Made by a program: the position numbers and the translations under genes. DNA of 40,024 bases from a virus. Taxonomy: Duplodnaviria > Caudoviricetes. The notes under the pieces are model-generated. The model made no database searches. It saw nothing but the letters and a program-made list of their open reading frames with translations, and was not told where the DNA came from. Shown here in pieces: positions 9,174 through 16,049 of this stretch. Within the stretch, counting starts at the first letter, position 1, and the number at the start of each line of letters is the position of its first letter. The DNA lies in IMG/VR virus record IMGVR_UViG_3300044657_001119, positions 1 to 40,024 of that record. One strand, given 5' to 3'.

Positions 9174-10166
9174 CTACAAACCGAGACTCGACAACAGTTC
9201 ACTGTCAGGTGTCGCCACTGCTGCGGTGGCCACCGGCGCGTCGGCATAGCCATTGCTCTTGCCGGTCGCCGCTTCGGCAGTGCCGGCGACGTTGACGCCG
9301 GCGGCGTTGTTGAAACTCTTCCAGGCATCGAGCCAGCCGGAGGCCTGCGCTTCGGCGAACAATTCATTCGTCTTGCGCAGCAGATCCGCCCCGACATAGA
9401 AGCGCCCCAGCTGCACACCCTCCGCCTTTTCTGGCAGCCCCAGCGCCACGGGCAACACAAGATTGATGGTGTTGGCGCCCTGCCCGACCTGCGTGAAAAC
9501 AGGTTCGCCTTTGGCGTCCCGAGCGGCCCCGATGGGCAGCCAGAAACAACGGATGGGCCAGCGCTGCCCCGTCGGCTTGCCGGCCTTGTGGGCGGCGGCG
9601 CTTGACTCCATGTCGGCTTTGCGAATGACCGTCTGCGCAAAGCTGGTGATCACCGACGGGTTGTTGCGCCCGCCCTCGAACGCCATGGCGGCCGTGCCTT
9701 TCAAAGTCAAAACAAACGGCCCCAGTTCCTCCATGCCTTTGACCAGGATCAGGGCATGGGTGCGACCGGATGGGCGGCCGTAGGCCTTCGCCTGTTCGTA
9801 GGCCGACCACGGGAAGGGCGTCGGAAAGCGGCTGCCTTCAACCGTGACTTCCCAGCGCTTGCGCATGGCGATCACGGAGATGGCCAGTTCCCGGCGCCAA
9901 AAGCCCACGGTTTCCTTTTCGCCATGGGAGTAGGTGGTCTTTTCCCAGCGGTTGGCCAACAACACGTCTGCGTCAACCGCATCCTCGGGGATAAAGAAGC
10001 CCCCGGCGTAGTCCATGCCGCCGGCTTTCTTCATTTTCTGATTGCCGCCATTCCATTGGATGACCGGGAATGACTGCTCCACTTGCTCGACCGTGCTTTG
10101 GTCGATGCCTTCCACGGCCGTCGGGTCAAAGACAATTTCTGCATCTGTCATGTTAGAAACGCTCAC
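9174..10166 (-). CDS. Conserved-looking replication-module protein, possible ssDNA-binding protein
   Basis: 330 aa, aromatic beta-rich core with a low-complexity tail; AGGAG RBS; lies before the helicase and primase. Function inferred from position only. Confidence 0.5.
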   Translation of the reverse strand: MSVSNMTDAEIVFDPTAVEGIDQSTVEQVEQSFPVIQWNGGNQKMKKAGGMDYAGGFFIPEDAVDADVLLANRWEKTTYSHGEKETVGFWRRELAISVIAMRKRWEVTVEGSRFPTPFPWSAYEQAKAYGRPSGRTHALILVKGMEELGPFVLTLKGTAAMAFEGGRNNPSVITSFAQTVIRKADMESSAAAHKAGKPTGQRWPIRCFWLPIGAARDAKGEPVFTQVGQGANTINLVLPVALGLPEKAEGVQLGRFYVGADLLRKTNELFAEAQASGWLDAWKSFNNAAGVNVAGTAEAATGKSNGYADAPVATAAVATPDSELLSSLGL

Positions 10167-10205
10167 GTGATATCTCCTGTACTGTCAAAGAAAAAACGAA
10201 GATGC

Positions 10206-10730
10206 CTACAGCCCGATGGCTTCGGCGTCGAGAATTGAAACGAGACCGTCATCATTGCCGCCGGTGAACGATGTGTCGCCGCCGGGCAGCTCGAACAGTT
10301 GCGCCGATGCCGCCTGCACAATGGCATTGCCGACCGGCAGCGCCAGATTGCCAAGGTAGCTCATGACCCCGGTCGTCAACCGGGCCTTGTGGCAGATGGC
10401 TTCATACTGGCGTTCCAGGCGGGCCACGAGGAGGCGGGCGTCATCGGCGACGGCGTTGGCGTAGCGCAGCCGCTCCATGGCCGGCTGAAACTCTGGCGAG
10501 TTGCGCAGCGTGACCAGCCGCATGTCCCGTTCTTTTTCGTTGGCGCCGATGGCCTTGTAGCCGCCCTGCGCCATGACCCACGACGCTTCCATGTCGTCAA
10601 GTTGCGCAGCGATGTTCTGCGCATCGGCCTTGGCATCGGCCAACTGGTGCGCCGCCATGGCGATTTCCATCGGCTTGCTGTCCAGTTGCTGCATGATCTC
10701 CTGATAGATCGCCATGACGTTGTTGCTCAT
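10206..10730 (-). CDS. Coiled-coil hypothetical protein
   Basis: ATG 10730 (MSNNVMAIY) with GGGAGG upstream; the longer ORF-track start lies inside the repeat array. Confidence 0.7.
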   Translation of the reverse strand: MSNNVMAIYQEIMQQLDSKPMEIAMAAHQLADAKADAQNIAAQLDDMEASWVMAQGGYKAIGANEKERDMRLVTLRNSPEFQPAMERLRYANAVADDARLLVARLERQYEAICHKARLTTGVMSYLGNLALPVGNAIVQAASAQLFELPGGDTSFTGGNDDGLVSILDAEAIGL

Positions 10731-10764
10731 CTCTCTGGTACGCCCTCCCGAGGCGTGAAAACCT

Positions 10765-11750
10765 GCCATTGAATTGAATTGAAATGCCCTAACGATGCGC
10801 TGCACTCGACCGCTTTGCCTGTGCTGTGGTGTGTGAGGCGTTGCGGTGCATTGCCTGTGCCTTGCGATGCTTTGCAGTGCATTGCCTGTGCTGTGGTTCG
10901 TTGTGCCGCGCCGTGCCATTGCGTGAGACTGCTCACAATGGCGTGCCTGTGCACTGTGAAACCGTGCGGCGCTTTGCCTGTGCTGTGCGCAGCGTCGCTT
11001 TGCCGTGCAGGCGCTGCGGGCTGCTCGTCATTACTCCGCCTGTGCGGCCTGGTGTATCACCTCTCGTTGCCTGCGCTGGTCTTGCCGTGTCTCACGAAAA
11101 GGCGTGCTTGACATGATTTGCTATGGTTTGCCGTGCAAGGCATCGCGCCGCTAAGCCTTTGCCGTGCCGTGCCTTGCCAGTCTCTGCCATTGCTGGGCCT
11201 TGCACAGCATCGCCTTCACTGTGCCCGTCCCCGCAACGCATCGAGCCGCCCTGCCATGCCAAAGCCTCGCGGTACTATGCCGCTGCTTCGCCAAGGCTCG
11301 CATTGCCGCACCTGAGCATCGCACACTTGGCTTTGCCATTGCCATTGCTAGGCCGTGCATCGGTTCGCTTCGCCTGTGCTAACCAGAGCTGTGCATTGCA
11401 TTGCCAGAGCAGTAATCCGCTGCGGTACGCTATGCTTGCGCCTCACTCTGCATTGCCACACCTGCGCTTGACTACGCATCGCTACGCTTGCGCCTGCGCT
11501 CGTCTATGCCCCGCAGTGCTTTGCCATAGCAACGCAGTCCTTTGCCATAGCAACGCACAACTGAACTACGCTTGTGCTGGGCATCGCAAGACAACGCTTT
11601 GCCATTGCGTAGCAGTGCACCGCTAAGCGTTGCCTGTGCCATGTCTTTGCAAGACAATGCCTTGCCATAGGATCGACTGGCTACGCGGTGCCTTTGCCTT
11701 TGGCGCGCTTTGCAGGACTTGGCAATGCCGGTGCGTCCCAATGGCCGCTG
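10765..11750 (-). ncRNA. Pentamer-periodic repeat array (DGY-NN units, 6-nt hinge about every 31 nt); candidate guide-RNA array, VIPR-like
   Basis: Minus strand reads e.g. GGC AA CGC TT AGC GG TGC AC TGC TA CGC AAT GGC AA AGC GT TGT CT TGC GA TGC CC AGC ACA; no credible protein; abuts the Cas7-like gene. Confidence 0.8.
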
Positions 11751-12379
11751 GTGGCGGTGATGACGTAGCGGAATCGCCCGTACCCGCCGTTGCGGAATTG
11801 CCCGAGCCCCCGCATCCGCCCGTACTGCAGCCATTCCTTGATGAGGTCCTTGCTCAGCGTGTTGACGCCATAGTTTTCGAGCGTAAACGTCAACTGCGTG
11901 CCGGCGGCGATCATCTCGCTGGAAGCCAGCGCCACGCGAGCGCCCTGCGGCGTATCAGCCCGAAGCGGTCGCTCGAACATCGTCACCGCCGGTGTGCTGC
12001 CATCCTGGTTGAGAATCGGAATGAACTGCGGCGTGATGAACAACACGTCGTTGATTTTGGCTTTGTGCGCTGCCACGTCTTTGCTCAAAGCCACGTCAAA
12101 CCGCCGTTGGGCGGTGCAGGTGTCCTTGAAAAATCCCTTGATCATGTAGTCCATGAACGAGGGCCGGCCTTGCTCGTCACGACGAAAAACGGTGGCGCCG
12201 CGGTATTCGTCCGCCGGTAAGGCGTCCAACTCCCGTTGTAGCCGGTCGCCGTTGATGGCCCCCTCCTTGATGGCCGTGTCGGCAATGTAGTCGGTGTAGA
12301 TGTTGGGATTGCTGGGCGCCGTGCCAAGCACTGGCGTCGTGAAGGTCAACGTGATTTCGAGAATGGAAGGCGTCTGCAT
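11681..12379 (-). CDS. Stand-alone Cas7/RAMP-like RRM protein (Vipr-like candidate)
   Basis: N-terminal strand LEITLTFTTPVLGTAP, YMIKGFFKD helix, SEMIAAGTQLTFTL strand, C-terminal G-rich loop GLGQFRNGGYGRF: RAMP hallmarks; AAGGA RBS. Confidence 0.85.
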   Translation of the reverse strand: MQTPSILEITLTFTTPVLGTAPSNPNIYTDYIADTAIKEGAINGDRLQRELDALPADEYRGATVFRRDEQGRPSFMDYMIKGFFKDTCTAQRRFDVALSKDVAAHKAKINDVLFITPQFIPILNQDGSTPAVTMFERPLRADTPQGARVALASSEMIAAGTQLTFTLENYGVNTLSKDLIKEWLQYGRMRGLGQFRNGGYGRFRYVITATSGHWDAPALPSPAKRAKGKGTA

Positions 12380-12458
12380 CGTGTGTTATCCTTGTGTGTG
12401 TCAGGTTGGTTCATGAGCTCAGTTGCGTACCAGGCGACGGGGCTCTTTCTGTGTCTGC

Positions 12459-12596
12459 TTACTGGTGCGCTGCGAGTACCCGTTCGAGTTCGGCGATCTC
12501 TTTCTCAATCGCTTCGGCCGTCAACCAGTCTTTGCAGCGCCGGGCGTACTCGAGTTCTTCTTTCAATTCCTCCAACCGTGTTTTCTTCTGTGCCAT
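12459..12596 (-). CDS. Small coiled-coil protein (45 aa, not in the ORF track)
   Basis: AGGAGGT RBS; MAQKKTRLEELKEELEYARRCKDWLTAEAIEKEIAELERVLAAHQ. Confidence 0.6.
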   Translation of the reverse strand: MAQKKTRLEELKEELEYARRCKDWLTAEAIEKEIAELERVLAAHQ

Positions 12597-12600
12597 CCCC

Positions 12601-12867
12601 TTACCTCCTATCGTAGTCGTTGGCTCGTGCCAACTGGTGTAGTTGTTGCAGTCTGGTGGCGCTGATCTGCACCTCCAAGACCGTCAGCGCCATCTCTCCC
12701 AACCGGGCCTGCGCTGCCTTGTCGAAGCGCCGGCCGGCTTCGTCCATCTCCCTGCGAATCTGTTTTGTCAGCGCCTCTACCCGTTGTGCCAGCTGCGGAT
12801 CGTGTTCCCCGATGGCCTCGTCGAGCGCCCACAGCGTCTTGTTGGGCGGGCGGGTTGTGGTGCTCAT
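12601..12867 (-). CDS. Hypothetical protein
   Basis: ATG 12867 with GAGGAGG RBS, overlapping the upstream stop. Confidence 0.6.
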   Translation of the reverse strand: MSTTTRPPNKTLWALDEAIGEHDPQLAQRVEALTKQIRREMDEAGRRFDKAAQARLGEMALTVLEVQISATRLQQLHQLARANDYDRR

Positions 12868-13130
12868 GCCTCCTCTCTGAATTCGTTGATGAGTGACCGG
12901 ATAATGACGCCTAGTGAAGAGGCTGCCATGATGGCCACCAGTTGCAGCCATGCGCCGATATCCACCACCAGCAGGGCGATGAGTCCGACGCCGGCCACAC
13001 CCACCACGACGGTGATCCAGGTGCGCCGCACGGCCAGCCAGCGCCCCCACGATGTGAACTGGAGCGCCACTGCCCAAACAATCCCCCAGACAATGGCCAA
13101 AATGAGTGCCAAACTCAGCGACGCGTTCAT
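12864..13130 (-). CDS. Small multi-pass membrane protein
   Basis: 88 aa with three hydrophobic segments. Confidence 0.7.
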   Translation of the reverse strand: MNASLSLALILAIVWGIVWAVALQFTSWGRWLAVRRTWITVVVGVAGVGLIALLVVDIGAWLQLVAIMAASSLGVIIRSLINEFREEA

Positions 13131-13147
13131 GACCTGCTACCTTCGTG

Positions 13148-13321
13148 TTAGCGACGGAAAATCAACCAGACCAAAAACAACACAACCGCCAGGGGTACAG
13201 CGATGGGCAACAGGGCTGCCAACAGCGCAGGCGCCAGGAAAGCAATCAGAATTGCAATGGCGACGATGCCCAGCCAGTCGGGCCGGTTGACATCATCGTT
13301 GTTGGCGCTGTCGTCATTCAT
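13148..13321 (-). CDS. Small membrane protein (57 aa, not in the ORF track)
   Basis: MNDDSANNDDVNRPDWLGIVAIAILIAFLAPALLAALLPIAVPLAVVLFLVWLIFRR; fills the gap in the operon. Confidence 0.55.
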   Translation of the reverse strand: MNDDSANNDDVNRPDWLGIVAIAILIAFLAPALLAALLPIAVPLAVVLFLVWLIFRR

Positions 13322-13826
13322 GGTGGCCCGCTATTTCGTCGGAAGCCCAGGGGTCACGGCCGTCAACGTCAGCGATGAACCGTTGCAGCTTGGCGTCAAT
13401 GGCCAGGACGCCGGCGGCGATGGCTTCCAAGGCCGTGGCGATGCGTTCCAGAGCAGGCAAATCGAATTCGAATTGAGTAGTCGTGGTGGTGGAGTCGGCA
13501 GCCAGGCCGGGCCCGTTGCCGGCGAAAAACTCCGGCTTGGGGGCCTCTCGCAGGAGCGCTGCCCGGCCCGAAATCGTGGGCCACCAGGTCACGAAATTGC
13601 CGCGGGTGCCCTGTGCTGTACCAATGAGATCGGCGTGAGCCAACTCGGTGATGTCTTCCTGTGGCACAACGTTTTGCCGCACGTTGTGGATGGTGAAAAT
13701 CCATTCGCCATCTGCAATCCATAAACTCGCCGTTTCGGGATGGTTGATCAGCTCCTGCATCAGCCAGCGCTGCTCAAAGGTCAAGGACTCGAGCTCGTGC
13801 ACGGTTTGCTTCGCCGCTGTGTTCAT
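13314..13826 (-). CDS. Hypothetical protein
   Basis: 170 aa, GGAGG RBS, operon packing. Confidence 0.65.
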   Translation of the reverse strand: MNTAAKQTVHELESLTFEQRWLMQELINHPETASLWIADGEWIFTIHNVRQNVVPQEDITELAHADLIGTAQGTRGNFVTWWPTISGRAALLREAPKPEFFAGNGPGLAADSTTTTTQFEFDLPALERIATALEAIAAGVLAIDAKLQRFIADVDGRDPWASDEIAGHHE

Positions 13827-13980
13827 CTGTCGTTTCCTCCGTGAGTCGTGCCAGTTGTTGAATGAGATTGATGATTGTTTCCAACTCCGCCGCCCGCTGG
13901 CGCTCCTCGGCTGTCCAGCGTGAGAGAATGACCGCCGCCGCCACCAGCATGCCGGCGATGAACGCTACCTCTGGTGTCAT
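13774..13980 (-). CDS. Small single-pass membrane protein
   Basis: N-terminal TM helix then coiled coil; ATGA overlap with the upstream gene. Confidence 0.55.
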   Translation of the reverse strand: MTPEVAFIAGMLVAAAVILSRWTAEERQRAAELETIINLIQQLARLTEETTDEHSGEANRARARVLDL

Positions 13981-14243
13981 GTCGTCACCTTCTCCAGCTC
14001 ATCGGGATACGCCCAGACGAAGCCGCCATCGGCGTCGAGGGCTCCGTCATCTGGAAAACCGCACCGCTGCGACCAGTTGTCGTCCTGCGCCACGGGGGCG
14101 ATTTTGTACGGCGGCGAAGTCGGGTGCCAGTAAGCGGCGACGACGACGATTCGAGCAAGCTCGCCACACAGCGGCTTGAACTGCGGATCTTGATCGAACG
14201 CACTCGCCAGAATCCGCACCGTGTCACCTACCTGGTACGTCAT
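13977..14243 (-). CDS. Hypothetical SH3/KOW-like protein
   Basis: YQVGDTVRI...GELARIV...YPDELEKV pattern; ATGA overlap. Confidence 0.6.
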   Translation of the reverse strand: MTYQVGDTVRILASAFDQDPQFKPLCGELARIVVVAAYWHPTSPPYKIAPVAQDDNWSQRCGFPDDGALDADGGFVWAYPDELEKVTT

Positions 14244-14434
14244 GCCTGCACCGCCTCTGGCATCTCCGCCGCCGCCTCGTGCGCCTCGAGATATTCCTCG
14301 ATGGCAAAGCGCACGTGATCACTCACATCCTTGGCGACGGACTTCGCCGCCAGCTCCTGCAACCGGCGTTTCAGCGACGGCTGCACCCGTACCCACAGTG
14401 TTTCTGACCGGGTCTCCACTTCTGACATACTCAA
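14240..14434 (-). CDS. Ribbon-helix-helix regulator (Cro-equivalent position)
   Basis: TLWVRVQPSLKRRLQELAA..VSDHVRFAIEEYL RHH pattern; GGAGGG RBS; first gene after the leftward promoter. Confidence 0.8.
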   Translation of the reverse strand: MSMSEVETRSETLWVRVQPSLKRRLQELAAKSVAKDVSDHVRFAIEEYLEAHEAAAEMPEAVQA

Positions 14435-14446
14435 TGCCCTCCATAT

Positions 14447-14549
14447 TTCGCTACCAGTGAATTTATTCGCCTACAACGAAATTGTACCACAATGCAATGC
14501 GTTGTCAATAATCAATTCGCCAAGAACGAAACAATTCGCTGCCAGAAAA
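14447..14549. promoter_or_regulatory. Four putative repressor operators (TTCG-N7-CGAA-like)
   Basis: TTCGCTACCAGTGAA 14447, TTCGCCTACAACGAA 14466, TTCGCCAAGAACGAA 14516, TTCGCTGCCAGAAAA 14535; two pairs, each 19 bp apart. Confidence 0.7.
14481..14508 (-). promoter_or_regulatory. Sigma70-type leftward (early lytic) promoter
   Basis: Minus strand TTGACA-16 nt-TACAAT with an extended -10 TG. Confidence 0.8.
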
Positions 14550-14580
14550 CCCCGTTTCGTTGTGGACTAAACTGGAAGCC

Positions 14581-15069
14581 ATGGATATGAAGATGCTGGG
14601 CAGGCGGCTACACCTTTCCCGCCTCGATTTATCCCTACAGCAAAAGGAGGTCGCGGCGATTGCCGGGATTAGCAATACTTATTTGTCTGAACTGGAGAAC
14701 GGTAAGGCCAAGACTGTCACGCTGGAACGCCTGACACCGCTTGCCAAGGCGTTGAACGTGTCGGTCGCCTATCTGTTAGGCGAGACGGCCGATCCGCTGC
14801 TCGGGCAGGCAGATGACCAGCTAAGTGAAGAGGAAGTATTCAGCCTCAAAGAGACCAGTGCGCCGTATGCCGTGCGGCGTGCCATGGTGGCAGAGGATCG
14901 CCTGTTATCCCTGTTGCGGATGTTGGGGCCGGGGCAGGTCGAAGAGGTCGGAGGTTCGAATCCTCTCTCCCCGACCACACCGCAAAAAGAAGCCATCGTA
15001 CACATGTGCGGTGGCTTCTTTGTTTGTATATGCGAAGCCGTCGCCAAACTGGAGACTGATTCGTTATGA
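14581..15069 (+). CDS. XRE-family immunity repressor with attP inside its 3' end
   Basis: LQQKEVAAIAGISNTYLSELENG...LAKALNVSVAYLLG; divergent from the RHH gene; stop overlaps the int start (ATGA). Start could be GTG 14560. Confidence 0.88.
   Translation: MDMKMLGRRLHLSRLDLSLQQKEVAAIAGISNTYLSELENGKAKTVTLERLTPLAKALNVSVAYLLGETADPLLGQADDQLSEEEVFSLKETSAPYAVRRAMVAEDRLLSLLRMLGPGQVEEVGGSNPLSPTTPQKEAIVHMCGGFFVCICEAVAKLETDSL
14940..14977 (+). other. attP core: 3' half of tRNA-Pro
   Basis: CGAAG AGGTC GGAGG TTCGAAT CCTCT CTCCCCG A CCA = anticodon 3' strand, variable loop, T arm, acceptor strand (G72, A73 typical of Pro), CCA; no 5' half; about 90 bp from int. Confidence 0.88.
14984..15026 (+). terminator. 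Intrinsic terminator hairpin following the attP core
   Basis: AAAGAAGCCATCGTAC...GTGCGGTGGCTTCTTT followed by GTTTG. Confidence 0.7.
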
Positions 15070-16007
15070 CATTTCAGGAGCTCACCGCCGGCTTCTTCCT
15101 GGCCCGCCGGCGGACGCTTCGACCAACAACGCAACGCAATTACGCGTGGGCATTCAAGCTCTTTGCGGGCCACGTAGGCAGCGTTGACGTAACCACAATC
15201 GCCGGCCGCCACGTCGAGACCTTCCTGAATGCGCAGTTCGACCGTGGGCTATCGAGGCGCTCATTGTCCGACCTGTGGGTGGCGCTGTCGGCCTTGTGGA
15301 GCTGGGCCATCAAGGCCGACATCGGCGTCACCGTACACCCGCTGGCAAACGTCGCCCGGCCTCGCTTTCCGAAGCCGGAGATCGTCATCTTTTCGGTGGA
15401 GCAATGCCGGGCCATCATTCGGGCAACGGAGTGGGCAGCGCCTTGGACGGGCAAACAAGGCAAGCCCACCAGGTCTCGCCGTGCCACGTACAAGCGAGAC
15501 CGGGCGCTGATCCTCGTCATGTTGGACACAGGTATACGCGTGCAGGAGCTCTGCGACCTGCGGGTGAGCGACTACGACAGCACAGAGCGCCGGCTGCATG
15601 TCAGGGAGGGCAAGGGTGGCAAAGAGCGCACGTTGGCCATGGGTGACACCGCTGCCTTGGCGTTGTGGGCGTACATGGCCAGTCGCCCGGCCGCCTTGCC
15701 TGCGGCGCCGCTCTTCTCCACTGGCACGCAATCGCCGATGGACCGCGGCGGCGTTGAGAAACTGCTGAAGCGCATCGGCGACAATGCCGGCGTCAACGAT
15801 GTACACCCGCATCGTTTCCGCCACACGTTTGCCGTGCGCTATATCCTCAATGGCGGCGACGTGCACACCTTGTGTTTGATGCTTGGCCATGAGACACTAG
15901 ATATGGCAATCACCTACATGCACATGGCGAGCCACGACGTACAGGCCGTGCAGCGCAGCGTATCGCCGGCCGATGCTGTATTCAACACAGGGCGCAACAA
16001 AAAATAA
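15066..16007 (+). CDS. int: Tyrosine integrase
   Basis: SAM-like N-terminus; DTGIRVQEL (R), GKGGKER (K), HRFRH, LGH, catalytic Y in AITYMH. Confidence 0.95.
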   Translation: MTFQELTAGFFLARRRTLRPTTQRNYAWAFKLFAGHVGSVDVTTIAGRHVETFLNAQFDRGLSRRSLSDLWVALSALWSWAIKADIGVTVHPLANVARPRFPKPEIVIFSVEQCRAIIRATEWAAPWTGKQGKPTRSRRATYKRDRALILVMLDTGIRVQELCDLRVSDYDSTERRLHVREGKGGKERTLAMGDTAALALWAYMASRPAALPAAPLFSTGTQSPMDRGGVEKLLKRIGDNAGVNDVHPHRFRHTFAVRYILNGGDVHTLCLMLGHETLDMAITYMHMASHDVQAVQRSVSPADAVFNTGRNKK

Positions 16008-16049
16008 CGACTGATAACCCTTTCTTGTCAGTCGATATAGGAGTAATTT

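Noticed and set aside
10765-11750. Canonical CRISPR array
   Set aside because: No identical 23-50 bp repeats separated by unique spacers; conservation is interleaved every 5 nt
10727-11834. Cys/Arg/Ala/Leu-rich ORFs over the array (10779-11111, 11123-11626, 11164-11382, 11472-11834 and others)
   Set aside because: Their composition is what a GC-anchored 5-nt periodic sequence produces in any frame; no RBS or domain features
6637-12379. Bona fide type IV-A CRISPR-Cas locus
   Set aside because: No recognisable Csf1, Cas5/Csf3, Cas6 or CRISPR array; only the Cas7-like/DinG proximity is kept, as a hypothesis
14447-14549. LexA/SOS boxes
   Set aside because: Sites are TTCG-N7-CGAA, not CGAAC-N4-GTTCG or CTG-N10-CAG; the repressor also lacks an S24 autocleavage domain
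14900-14977. Functional tRNA gene
   Set aside because: 5' acceptor strand, D arm and anticodon loop are absent; the upstream sequence is repressor coding
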